Assembly (NCBI GenBank): GCA_964019335.1
Contig: OZ025724.1
Coordinates: 310,001 to 374,000, forward strand
Direction: 5' to 3'
DNA length: 64,000 bases
DNA from: Diplonema japonicum
Lineage: Eukaryota; Protista; Euglenozoa: Diplonemea
Below the pieces are notes generated by a model, which did not search any database, was not told the DNA's origin, and saw only the letters and a list, made by a program, of their open reading frames with translations. Both the position numbers and the translations under genes were made by a program. This document shows, piece after piece, positions 38,101 to 48,037 of the stretch; within the stretch, counting starts at the first letter, position 1; the number at the start of each line of letters is the position of its first letter.

Positions 38101-39239
38101 TGAATCTTCCTCTTCAGGTTGCCGTGCATCGTCTGGTCCCGCGCGGCCGCCCCTCCTGACGTCCCAGTCGACTTCGCCGCCACCATCTTCTCCGACAGCT
38201 CCCGTGGTTCCCCCCTGCCTACGAACGGCTTCACATTCGTCACCCCGGCGGCGGACAGCATGTACCGCTCGGTTGCGCAGCTCAGCACGGTGTAGAGGCC
38301 TCCCACGTCCCTGTTGTCGGCAGCATGACGGAGCACGTCGTCGTCAGCAAGCTCTTGGTCAAGCTCAGTGTCAGGCGTTACCGCTCCCACCGGTAGTTCC
38401 CTCGGGAGGAAAAACCGCTTTGTCCGTTTCTTGAGCGTCGGTGTGAAGAGCTCAACAGAAAGGCACAGATGCTCCCCAGTCCTTACCCTCTTGTGCGTCC
38501 AGAAGCGTTTCAGCGCCCCGGCAGCCACTGCGTTGGCTAGGACAAAGTCTATCCGCGTCTTAGTCTCCGTCCCGGGTCGCTCAAAGGTGTGGTCAGGTCT
38601 CCTTCCGTCCTTCTCGGCCTGAAGTGCTCCGACATCGACCCAGTCGTTTTCCACTGCGTGCCTCAGCGTCGCCGACCCGGAAACGTCCGTGTTCAAATCC
38701 CCCAAGATCAGGATCGGCACCTCCCCAAGCCTAGCCCTCAGGTCAACGAGCAGCGCGTGCAGGAGTCGCTCCCTGTCATCCTTCCCGTAGTAACCGGCAC
38801 TGCAATACACCGTGATGACGTGGACCCATAGATCGCGGCCATCCACGTTTATCATGGTGTGCAGCCACCTGTTCGGTTGCACAGTGATCCCCGACGCAGG
38901 AGCTACGATGGCAGGTCTGCCTTTCTTTGTCAGCACCGCGACGCCTCCCCTTTGCCCAAGATTCGGATTGAGTACCCCTGCTCTGTCTGGCATGCCTTCC
39001 TGAGCGCGGCCCCATAGGGGGTGATACCCGCCCTCATCGATCGCCTGCGATAGCTGGTGCTGACCGTGTTCAGTGAGCTTGTTCACCTGCAGGCATACGA
39101 TTTCATCTTGTGTTGCGAGGACCTGCGGGAGCTTGTTGTGCAGCGACCCGACGTTGATCGATGTGATCCGGAGCACGTCATCGAGCAGAGGTGGGCCACT
39201 AGCGCTTCCTCCACTCATCCCTGCCGACAACTGTAATTG
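35106..39239 (-). CDS. ORF2: AP-like endonuclease + reverse transcriptase + C-terminal CCHC-type zinc knuckle
   Basis: APE motifs: SINVGSL, VITVYC, ILGDLN, TRIDFVL. RT motifs: PGVDGW, LIPKG, HRPITVTSAVYRLW, QHGFR, LDFVKCFDRI, GILQGCPIS, YADD, LNLKKT. Knuckle: CDVC...EHALWRC. The frame is open from the codon after the ORF1 stop; first ATG at 39218. Confidence 0.97.
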   Translation of the reverse strand, partial: QLQLSAGMSGGSASGPPLLDDVLRITSINVGSLHNKLPQVLATQDEIVCLQVNKLTEHGQHQLSQAIDEGGYHPLWGRAQEGMPDRAGVLNPNLGQRGGVAVLTKKGRPAIVAPASGITVQPNRWLHTMINVDGRDLWVHVITVYCSAGYYGKDDRERLLHALLVDLRARLGEVPILILGDLNTDVSGSATLRHAVENDWVDVGALQAEKDGRRPDHTFERPGTETKTRIDFVLANAVAAGALKRFWTHKRVRTGEHLCLSVELFTPTLKKRTKRFFLPRELPVGAVTPDTELDQELADDDVLRHAADNRDVGGLYTVLSCATERYMLSAAGVTNVKPFVGRGEPRELSEKMVAAKSTGTSGGAAARDQTMHGNLKRKIQALRIGLNEALLRGGPGTLPAMLHGTWKNIVKLAGKMRLGVVLDEDLLRGPSLEAALVGLQELEAAADQGDMETVKQQRLENEARYRKRVAADFRDDRRRIVAYVKGNKEAHTLAVAKEDSRLTVDLEEIDALMRGAWASVFHLYPNKSDRPSYAAFKERYGKYVDGHPMELEPITGGDLREVLNSRPARGTPGVDGWRIAELKAIPDALLERWAQLFNIIEETGEWPEALLTALVSLIPKGEDRSPLNHRPITVTSAVYRLWATTRMRRILVWQESWAHTSQHGFRSRRGTDTLLLELTTQLEEALLSGTPMHGLALDFVKCFDRIPREVALGLMGDLGLHQNILRPLTTMYESLRRRFKYPTGVGDEFATSNGILQGCPISVVMVNALVGVMVRAIMAEVPGADSLSYADDVYLIAALLSALEKAAAGVGEFSLLTGMSLNLKKTDMFSTEGSGSVKCGREVLAAKTEISALGIKVCMDGEHRAKPLVGMERACGRLAAMPLGFSQKARIISSSILPSCLYGVAYAPPSKVDAGTIRSRVATCLWGPKFKMRSPCAVANILLPGHTTDPLVVTLYRLLCTVVKVGRSDAELWDRMGRCAALYLQSDVEAQGPVGTLVRRWLPAVGKSWSFVEGLRTTTERERKHEIRRVARAMTAAEQAEGRTSYSGMPEGADPVTNGWWRALANNPMAAYRLRRLIAGAVFAVYPAVRGVAEGPDNPLQHLCDVCGERYGSYTEVLEHALWRCELGDAVRGKAEYASLDPATMPNATTLHGIVPRGCQDKPRALLVQRYLLEVVTLRDTAVEANRALQTQTYPWRVVVTGRAHPTPTVAELRGLGASGKVMDRLLGPVLRWLSGLLWDDAPGRHTTVTTLELALDFERETELPLDDGGEVGKVEDLGVKARRLRYVLRRVQDLYHADGRRTAFPAARVDRVNSLRCIGGPTTHGYDRRPVLPERTMSSIEGLRDTYLSQTPTRLPRSFTTAVGTRQSPQNGDNGD

Positions 39240-39245
39240 CTATTG
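39228..39245 (-). promoter_or_regulatory. Putative programmed stop-codon readthrough signal CAA-TAG-CAA-TTA-CAG
   Basis: The minus strand reads GCG CAA CAA CAA TAG CAA TTA CAG TTG TCG, with TAG at 39242-39240. This fits the UAG-CAR-YYA consensus of TMV-type readthrough. Confidence 0.8.
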
Positions 39246-41519
39246 TTGTTGCGCCGGCCCTTGGGGCAGCAGCAGCGGGGTGGTTGGGTGCTGCGGGTCG
39301 ACCGCCATCTGCGTGGGGGTGCTCGCTGTGGACCTCGCGCCGGACTTCGACACCTTCCCGCCTTTTTCTTCACCGCCTGCCGTTCTCTTCCTGCTGCCAC
39401 TGCTTGTCAGCGCAACCGCCGCCAACTCGGTAAGCTGCTGCTCCACCTCCATCAGCCGGGCTTGCGTTCGCTCCTGCTCCTCTTGCATCCGGACAATCTT
39501 GTTCAGTGCGTCCCGTAGCGCCTTCGACATGGCCTCCTGGTCAGCCTGCCTCCTCTGCTGTTCGTGATGGAGCTTCGCCATCGTCTCCTCGTGTCGGCGA
39601 TCCTTCTCCGCGAACTCGGCCTCCTTGGCCTGCCACCACGAGTGGAACGACTGCTCAGCTTCGCCGTCCCGCTTCGGTTGCTTCGGTTGCTTGGCAGGTC
39701 GAGGCTGCGCGGCGGTTCGTAGGGGGGGGAAGTCATTCGACTTCGTGCTCTTCTTGGCAGCAGGTGGAGAGGCTGGCGTCGGTTTCCTCGGCCCACCTCT
39801 GCTCCCCCATGTGGAGTGCTTCAGCAGGTCACCCTCCCCGTTATGCGGCCGGATCACCCACTGCTCGTCGCCGCTCCCGAACAGAAGGCCAGGCGGTTCA
39901 GCCTCCGACGCAACCAGCCACGTGCACGTCTTCCTGCCACTTGCTAGCACGCGTACCGCTTGTGCCGCCCACCCGATCGAGAGCAGCCTCTGCTCCACCT
40001 CCAGCCCCGGGACCAGCGTTCCCATTCCCTTGACGGTGTAGGGGGTCCCTCTGATCGGTGTAGGCCGGGTGTCCTTCACCTTCTTCGCCGTCCTGTTCTG
40101 CAGGAAGGCCGTCATCTCTTCCAGCTTCTCCGCCTTCACTCGGATTCCGAACTCCCCCGTGCTCTTGCTCCAGGCCACACCCAGCCCGTCCGCTTGCTTC
40201 GCGAGGAGTGCGACGTCAGTAGCCGAGGCTCCTACGATCCACAGCACCGGAAACTTTCCTGTCGACTGGTGTGGAGGGCGCACAAAGACCCCACCGGTCC
40301 CGCTGTGTCGGTACAGGGTGTCCAGGTCTGCCCGGGCCACCACCAGGCATAGCTCGGCGCAGCCGTCCCTCTTTGACCCTGACCTTGGCTCGACCCGTGC
40401 TGCGCATTTGCTCGCAGCCCAGCGGACGAGGTCCCTCCTGGCGCTGTGGAAGTCCTTTTTGGTCTTCTCTACCAGGTAGACCTCGGCGGTACAGCTTACC
40501 ACCGCGGGGACCGTCGTCGCTTGCTTGACCTGCTTCAGCGGAGGGCCGCCCTTCGCGGTCACCCATAGCCTGCGGACACACCTCCCTTTGCCGCCGTCGG
40601 TTGCAAGAACCACCTGCTCTTGCTCTCCCTGCATCGTGGGGAGCTTGCTTCTGGACACCAGGGTGGGACCATCCTTGTCGCCGGCGTCCATCAGCCACAG
40701 CGACGCTTCCTTCTCCATCCCTGCCGGCACGAGCAGGACTGACCTGTTCCTGCCCACCTGCGGCGTCCAGTCACCAGAGAACGCCTCCCAGCCGTTCGCC
40801 ACCAGCACCGCGTCTTCCTTCGGCTTCGTCTCGCCGTCTCCGTCCTTGGCCTTCCGCGCGGCTGCAGCTGCGGTCGCAGCCGCCTTCTTCTTCGCCCCCT
40901 CGCTCAGGTAGGGCATAGGGACCTTCGGGTTGTTGTAGGTCCCCGCCGCCGGGAGCTCCGTGCCCTCGCGCACCTCCAGCGTCACGTAGTGAGCGGCTAC
41001 GAACCCCAGGTATATGGGGGTGCTCACTACGGGGTTGCGCGCAGCAAAAGACGTGCACAGCAGCTTCCCTTCCTTCACCTGGTAGCAGGCCAGGTGGCGC
41101 CGACATACCTGGCTGACCGCGAGGAGCTGCAAGATGTCTCCCCATGCCCCGTCCCTCACCGCTTGCACGTACTCCCCGTAGCGCTCTGGGGCGTACAACA
41201 GCGCACTGTTGTCGGTGGCTGCCAGATGGCTGGCCACCAGCTCCCTCAGTGCCCCTCCAGCGGAGGTGCCCTGGTGGATCGCTACCGAGGTCGCCTCGTA
41301 GAGGCACTCACCTTCGGTTTTGGAGTAGTCTCTGATCGAGACTCCACTTCCTAGCTTCGTCAGGAGCTCGGCCTTCGCCTTGCCCACCTCCCCGTTCGTC
41401 CCGCGGCCGAAGCCTTCGCCGTTGCCACCCCCCACCATGTGGCACCGTTGCCCGGGGTTCAACCTCGAGGAGGTCGCTCCCACCGCACTGGACGTCGATG
41501 ATGTTGTTGATGTTGTCAT
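39240..41519 (-). CDS. ORF1 (759 aa): OTU-like cysteine protease domain, RRM-like regions, C-terminal coiled coil
   Basis: OTU-like EGECLYEATS...LRELVA...WGDILQLLAVS...HYVTL at aa ~65-182. RRM-like YTVKGM...LLSIGW...WLVASEAEPP. E/Q/R-rich heptad region at aa ~630-705. Confidence 0.9.
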   Translation of the reverse strand: MTTSTTSSTSSAVGATSSRLNPGQRCHMVGGGNGEGFGRGTNGEVGKAKAELLTKLGSGVSIRDYSKTEGECLYEATSVAIHQGTSAGGALRELVASHLAATDNSALLYAPERYGEYVQAVRDGAWGDILQLLAVSQVCRRHLACYQVKEGKLLCTSFAARNPVVSTPIYLGFVAAHYVTLEVREGTELPAAGTYNNPKVPMPYLSEGAKKKAAATAAAAARKAKDGDGETKPKEDAVLVANGWEAFSGDWTPQVGRNRSVLLVPAGMEKEASLWLMDAGDKDGPTLVSRSKLPTMQGEQEQVVLATDGGKGRCVRRLWVTAKGGPPLKQVKQATTVPAVVSCTAEVYLVEKTKKDFHSARRDLVRWAASKCAARVEPRSGSKRDGCAELCLVVARADLDTLYRHSGTGGVFVRPPHQSTGKFPVLWIVGASATDVALLAKQADGLGVAWSKSTGEFGIRVKAEKLEEMTAFLQNRTAKKVKDTRPTPIRGTPYTVKGMGTLVPGLEVEQRLLSIGWAAQAVRVLASGRKTCTWLVASEAEPPGLLFGSGDEQWVIRPHNGEGDLLKHSTWGSRGGPRKPTPASPPAAKKSTKSNDFPPLRTAAQPRPAKQPKQPKRDGEAEQSFHSWWQAKEAEFAEKDRRHEETMAKLHHEQQRRQADQEAMSKALRDALNKIVRMQEEQERTQARLMEVEQQLTELAAVALTSSGSRKRTAGGEEKGGKVSKSGARSTASTPTQMAVDPQHPTTPLLLPQGPAQQQ

Positions 41520-42749
41520 TTTATTTCTTTTAACCCAAATTCAAGAACCCCCTTAAAAAAAAAAAGCCAATTTCTTTTCTTTTTTTAAACGCCCCATGTC
41601 TCTAAAAAAACAACCCATTTGCACCCCCTCCTCCTTGTGCCCAGGATTGACAGGTTAGGGATATGAGGGCGCTATTTTTTTTATCATGTCAGCTAATTGA
41701 ACCACCTTTGATCTTCTTTTTTCTTTTTTCTTTTTTTGTCATTTTTGAAATAAAGAATCACATTTTTTTTTCCTGCTCCTTGTCTGAATTCAGGAGCTGA
41801 AGGTTAAAAAGAAAACTCCCACGAAAGCTCTTTTTTTCCCCCTTTGTTTTTTTTTTTTTTTCCCGTTCTTTTTTTCATTTTTCTTTTCGGTGGAATGGTT
41901 GGCTCCCCAATGAAACGAGGAACCCACATATCTGCCACATGATCAATTTGGCTTTTCACGTTCAAGTCTAGTCATCCCCAAGAAGGCCTTGGAGGAAACC
42001 TTGGGCTCCCCTGTTTTTTTTTTTCTTCAGTTTTTTTTTTTTTTTTTTTTTTTCTTCTTTTTTCCCCTTCTCTTTCTAATTTCCCCCACTCTTCTCACCC
42101 CTTTTTTGATAAGAAAATTAGATACAAAAAAAAAAAAAAAATTAAAAAAACTAGTGTTGGCTCTTCGTTTAATTGTTGCACGGTATTTTTACCTAATAAA
42201 AAATAACACATTCCACAGCCAACGAATAGTTTTTTTTTTTTTTTTTTTTTTAAAAGTCTCAACAATAAAATTATGGAAAAACAAAAAGAGGGGAGAGAAG
42301 AAAAAAAAAAAAACAAAAAAAAAAACTCCTTTTTTTTTTTTTTTTTTGAAAGGGAACCTTGTTGCCTGTAGCCCGTTGAAGTATCTACTCGATAGATTGG
42401 AGCGTGACCAACTACTTGTTTCTCAGGGATAGGTTGGTGGCCCTTTTGTCCGAAAAAAAAAAAAAAAAAAAGACCGAGTTAGCGAAGGTCTTCACCACCC
42501 ATGTGGATTTCCTCCAAATTTAAAATTAAAAATTTTAAAAATTTTCAGCACCTGACACGGGGGAAAAAAAAAAATAATAATAATAATAATATTAAGCATG
42601 GCAGCCAATCACGGTGGCAGCCAACCGCGATAGCATAGAATGGTGCCAGATAGGGGAGCAACTGGCTTGAGGGTAAATAGCAGGTGTCCCTTGTTGCTCC
42701 CCACTAGTAGATTGACCCAAGGTCTTTCTTTTATTCTTCCTTGATGTTT

Positions 42750-42806
42750 TCGCGATGAGATGGACGGCATCTGGGCGAGAAACATTGCTTGGAGTCGTGC
42801 GTAGGT
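42750..42806 (-). pseudogene. Tiny internal fragment of LINE family B
   Basis: TCGCGATGAGATGGACGGCATCTGGGCGAGAAACATTGCTTGGAGTCGTGC is identical to ~27881-27931. Confidence 0.8.
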
Positions 42807-43338
42807 GGTCGTACTTCTGATGTCAGGAAGAGGAAAAAAAAAAAGAGAAAAGAAAAAAAATGGTAAAGGGCGAATAGGACCGGCAGGAGGCGTGGCCTTC
42901 CTGCATGAAAAAAAAAAAAAAAAAAAAAAAACAGAAAAAAAAAGAGAAAAAAAAAACAGAAAAAAAAAAGGCAACAAACGAACAACATTTTCCCTTTTTT
43001 TTTTTCTTTTAAAAAGTTAGATACGGGATGGGGAAGGTAGGGAGGGGAAAAAAAAAAGAAAAAAAAGAAGAGAAAAAAAAAAAGAGGGGGAAAAAAAAAA
43101 AGAGAAAAAAATGTTTTTTCTTTTTTTTTTCCCCCCCTCCCCTTCTTTTTTTTTCCTTCATTTTTTTTTTTTTTTCACCTTTGTTAGCTAAAGCAATTCG
43201 ATGCAAAAAAATAAAAAACAACTTTTAAAAAACCTTAAAAGTTAAAGTAGGAAAGAAAAAAAGAAAAAAGAAAAGGAGGTTGAAAAAAAATCACGAAAGG
43301 GAAAATGTCACAGCCCGGCCTAAGTGTCTGCAGGAAAG

Positions 43339-43391
<53 letters not shown>

Positions 43392-43731
43392 AGAAAAATA
43401 ACCACTAAGGGAAACCCCACGATAGCTTCGACAGTCCGGTATATCCCTTCCAGGTAATTTTTTTCACCCCATCCCTTTTTTTTTCTTTTCATTCACAACT
43501 TTTCTTGTTCTCCCAGCAATATCATCAAAAAAAGAGTTCTTTTATTCTGTTTTTGTTCTTCCCGAACGTTTTTTTTTTTTTTTTTTCCACGAAATTTCAG
43601 GTGGGAAACCAAGAAAAAGGTTGTAAAAAAAAAAAAAAAAAAAAAACCTCCTGGCCGGGAGATTATTATTTTTTTTTTTTTTTTTTTTTTTTTGAGCAAG
43701 AAAATAAAAAAAGAGGGAGAAAAAAAAAATC

Positions 43732-43769
<38 letters not shown>

Positions 43770-43771
43770 CC

Positions 43772-44386
43772 CTACATTCGGCCGAACAGAACGGCCGCAG
43801 AGAGCCTCTTCCCCACCGCAGAGGAAAGAGGGACCGAGTACAAGGCATCAAGTTGAACGTACTCCTCTTTGGAAATGAAAACATCCCAATCGAGGACAGA
43901 GAGGAAGTGCCGTTCCATCACGTTCAGGTTCGCAATAGCCACACCACCGTATTTCGCAACTAGCTTGTTGGAGAGGACTCTGTCTGAGGTACACTTCATG
44001 GCCACCATGAAGGCACACAAAACCACCCTGTGGACAGTGAGGGGGGTCATGAGGGTGGGCAGCCGTGCGTGAAGCCTTTTAATTAATATGAACGCACCCT
44101 TCCAGATTTTCGTACTTTCCTTCAATTTCATGAACAACGGGCTCAACATGTAATCCCTCAGAGCCAGGTGCGGCACGGTCACGCTCTGGAAATTTGCCTC
44201 TTTTGCCGGATTCTCAAAGGAGACCTTCTTGTTCCGCGAAGCGAGGCCTTCTACTGCCTTGCATATCATTTCAATGACCGAAACATTCTCAGCCACCACA
44301 CGAGGGCTGTGTACAGGGGAACCCGGGTTCGACACCGAGTCCTGAAGACCAGACAGAGGTAGAGACGGGTTGCTGCTGTCCATCAT
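43772..44386 (-). CDS. PHO80-like / U-type cyclin, paralogue 2 (204 aa)
   Basis: Same cyclin-box motifs as paralogue 1; TAG stop. Confidence 0.92.
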   Translation of the reverse strand: MMDSSNPSLPLSGLQDSVSNPGSPVHSPRVVAENVSVIEMICKAVEGLASRNKKVSFENPAKEANFQSVTVPHLALRDYMLSPLFMKLKESTKIWKGAFILIKRLHARLPTLMTPLTVHRVVLCAFMVAMKCTSDRVLSNKLVAKYGGVAIANLNVMERHFLSVLDWDVFISKEEYVQLDALYSVPLSSAVGKRLSAAVLFGRM

Positions 44387-44408
44387 TTTTTTTTAAAATA
44401 AACCTTTG

Positions 44409-44452
<44 letters not shown>

Positions 44453-44841
44453 TTTTTCCGGTTTGTGAAAGAAAAAGAAACAAAAGAGAAGAAAGAAGGG
44501 GGGGGGGGGGGGGGGAAGATGGGAATAAAAAAAAAAACAATCAGAGGAAGTTTCATAGAGAGGTACGGGGGATATGGGGGCGAACTTTTCTTTTAAAGGG
44601 AGGAAGAAGGGGGGGAAAAAAAAAGAAGAAAAAAAGAAAGGAAAAGCAAAAAAAAAAAAAAAAGCAAACTTCCAAATCTTTTTTTTTTCCACCCAAGAAA
44701 ACCTTAGGTAAGAAATATTAGGGTCTTAATTGAAAAGGTTTCAAGACAGGGGGGGGGGGGGGGGGAGGGAGGGAAATACCTGAAAGGTATTTTACCTTTC
44801 TGTGAACAAAGGGGGTAAGTGACTTGCTTAATTGGCCTTTC

Positions 44842-44892
<51 letters not shown>

Positions 44893-45321
44893 ATTTAAGG
44901 GTACCTGCGGAGTCTCAATCTATCTCTTGATCTCTCTCTTGGAAAAAAAAAACTATATAAATATAAGAGGTAAAGGAGGCCAATGTTGGCGGCGCCCCGC
45001 ACAAGAACAGTCTACTTGACTACAGGGGGCGCCCACCAAGAAAGGGAGGAACCCGGGTCATGCTCACTAATAGATTAGTGAATATGAGCTTTTCAGTGCA
45101 TAACTAATCAACCGAAAAGAGGAACATATCTGTCCGCGCTGGGTAAAAACCTGGTGAAGTTTGTAAACCCGAAACAGGTTGCCTACGTTCCTTGCAAGAA
45201 TGGAAAAAAAAAAAAAAAAGAAGAAATTCTTTTTCTAACTACATCACCAAAATGAAAGGGATATTGTTTGAGTGATACTGTATTGCAGTATATTTATATA
45301 TATATATTTTTTTTATTTATT

Positions 45322-46101
45322 TATTTATTTAATTCTGTAAAGTTACATGAGGAAATTCCTAAAGAGCCATAAAAATCAGAAATCACTTTATCGTTCAAGA
45401 GTAAAAATAAAGTGAAGAATAAAAATAAAGGCCGAAATAGGCCGAATTTTGCGCTTTTACAAAAACGTCATACATTAATCGCCTCTCAAAATATGAGACG
45501 AACCCAACCAACCCAAACCAGAGTCAGGTATCTGAGGCAAAAAACAGTCAAGCATCCGAGGCAAAAGAGGCATAAACACACTTTACCACGTTTCCGGGCC
45601 ACCAAGCATCACACCTGAGGCTGGCAAATGCCGAAAATTACACTGGCCATGCATACAGGCGTTCTTTTGCACAATACCTTGTTGATGAAGGAACCTGCTG
45701 TTTTGGCTGGAAGTCAGACCTGATCAAGCCCACACACAAAACCAGCAGTTTCTGAAGAGCGATGATCAAGTGCCGACACAAATTACACAAAACCTACAGA
45801 ATTCTGTCAATTTGACATCGCATTCTCAGGCACTCAGGCTTAGTTTTGACATCAGTGTGAACATTTCGCAGAAGTGAACATAAAGGGTTCACAGTGTCCG
45901 AAATTTCCTCATTTAACTTTACAAGAATTAAATAAAATATCATATTAAATAAAAATCAGCCAGATTGTTACTCGGAATCTTTTTTTTTCACCCGTTTTTT
46001 TTTGAATTTCACTCGCTTCGCTTGTGAAATTCAACTACTCGTGAAAAAAAAAAAAAATTCCTCGTAAAAATCAGGTAATCTGATTTTTATTTAATAAATA
46101 G
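45322..46101 (+). mobile_element. Inverted repeat + terminal hairpin element, family H2
   Basis: ATTTAATTCTGTAAAGTTACATGAGGAAATT at the left end recurs inverted at ~45902-45936. A ~155-nt hairpin with tip TTTCACTCGCTTCGCTTGTGAAA follows, ending AATAAATAG. Confidence 0.8.
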
Positions 46102-46197
46102 TCATTTTTTTTTTTTTTTTTTTTTTTTTTCCCCCCTGTGTACTCCGCGAAAAAAAAAAAGATCGGGGCCTGCCCGGATCTTTTTTTTGTTTGATTG

Positions 46198-46237
<40 letters not shown>

Positions 46238-46410
46238 GCTGTCAAACATCTCTCCATAAGAAAAACCCTTTTTTTTTAAAAAAAAAAAGGGAAATATATA
46301 TATAAACATGAGTTCTTCGTCCGGGAGGAGGGAAGATAATAATAAAAAAGAATTGTCTTTTTTTCCGGTCGAACTCATATAAAAGAAATATCAAGAAGGG
46401 GCAAGTTACG

Positions 46411-46441
<31 letters not shown>

Positions 46442-46542
46442 CTTCTTTGGAGGAAGATCAAAAACGAGAAAGAGTATTTGTACCAAAAAAGGGAGGGTAA
46501 TGGAAGTCTTTGGCCTGCATCCACGCAAAAAAATGATCAGGG

Positions 46543-46608
<66 letters not shown>

Positions 46609-47216
46609 GTTGTGTACTATTCCTGTTTCCCTCTTAAATGCAGATATAAAACGGTTAGAGAAAAAAAGAAGAGGGGGGGGGATGAAAAAGTTTTTGCATA
46701 CTCTCGCACTTTTTTTTTCTTGAGGGGTGGATGGGGGGGGGGGGAGCGAGAAGAAGAAAAAAAAAAAGAAAGCATCTTCCGTTCGCGCGAATATTAAGAA
46801 ACTTCTGGGAAGCAGCTTCTGGGAAGAAACTAAACAAAGGTGGCACTTTTCTTTTTTTTTTTTCTTCTTCTTTTTTTCTTTTCGAGGCAAAGAGTCCTCA
46901 ATGTGGGACAATTGGTAGAGAGAAGGTTATACTTCTCTTTGTTTTTGTTTTGTTTTGTGGACACCTAGAACTACATCTTTACGTCATTGGAGGAAGTAAT
47001 ATCCTGCAACGAGGGTAGACGAGGCTAACAGGTGTGGTTAAATGTACAGAGAAAGAGAAATCAAACTTTTTTTTTTTTCTTACAGAAAGTTTTTCCACCC
47101 CCCTCCCAACAGTGGCCTTCGCAGTCAAAGCGTACAACTTGAGAGCTGTCCACTTGAAATACCTGGAGAACAGGAAAAAGAGAGGGAGGAAAAAAGAAAG
47201 AAAGGAAAAAAAAACT

Positions 47217-48037
47217 CGATAAAATTTCAGTGTGCATGGGGGTGCTCACTGTTCAGGTAGAAATTCACACTAATCGGTCACCGTTCTGCGGTTGCTGTCT
47301 GGTGCCTGCGGTGGCTGTTTGTCGCGATGAGATGGACGGCATCTGGGCGAGAAACACTGCTTGGAGTCGTGCTAGGTAGGGGGGGGTTTGGCTCGAGGAG
47401 AAGAGTGGTCTCCTGTCGTAGCCGTGTGCCGTCGGGCCCCCAAGATGTCGAAGGGTATGCACCCTTGATTTGGCGTTGGCGGGGAAGGCTGACCTTCCAC
47501 AGCGTGCTGAGCATTTCTGGATGCGACCCAAGATGTATCGCATCCTTGCGGCCTTCTCCGTGAGCAGGTCCTGATCGTCGAGGGGACCTATGAGTGACCG
47601 GCGGGTGGTCTGCTCATAGTCTATGGCGAGTTCCATTGTAGTGACGGAAGTTTTCTTCTTACCATCGTACCATCGTAGGCCTCTTAGCCACTTGAGGACG
47701 TTCTTCAGATGAAAGGTCAGGACCGCGCCTGACGCCCCGTTCGCCTTCAGCAACGCTTCCGTCGGAACATCATGTTGCCTCCCTGTCGTTACCTCATCCC
47801 AAGGGTTGGAGGTGAGCACTCTCTTGCTTTTTTCCGCTGCTCTGGCGTCACGGACCGTCACTACTTTCAGGAGGTATTGTTGCACCATCCTGGCACGTTC
47901 TTTCCCTGCTTTGTCGGCTCCTCTTGGGACTATCCCGTGAAGGGCTGTGGCAGCTGGGAGGCCTTCTCGCTTCACCTCTGCGTATTGCTCGCTTTCCAAC
48001 ACACTCCTTGCCGGCTCGCACTCCCACAGTGCATGCT
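47217..48037 (-). mobile_element. 5'-truncated non-LTR retrotransposon, family B (open frame)
   Basis: HALWEC...LHGIVPRG...VTTMELAIDYE...AHGYDRRPLF...QNGDRLV*. The 3' UTR is homologous to 27778-27830. Confidence 0.92.

Larger units (their letters stand above)
35059..41519 (-). mobile_element. Full-length APE-type non-LTR retrotransposon (family A)
   Basis: Two uninterrupted, in-frame, GC-rich ORFs and a short 3' UTR ending CCTTAAAAGAATAG, shared with the copy at 29603 and, with one substitution, at 7361. The 5' boundary and TSD are not resolvable. Confidence 0.97.

Noticed and set aside
39240-39242. Genome-wide UAG-to-Gln reassignment as the explanation for the in-frame stop
   Set aside because: TAG ends cyclin 2 (43772) at about the position where its paralogues use TGA, and it also ends the 261-aa gene. 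No host ORF or other part of the LINE has an internal TAG.
35082-41354. Plus-strand and alternate-frame ORFs overlapping the LINE
   Set aside because: These are shadow ORFs expected from GC-rich codon usage and carry no recognisable motifs.
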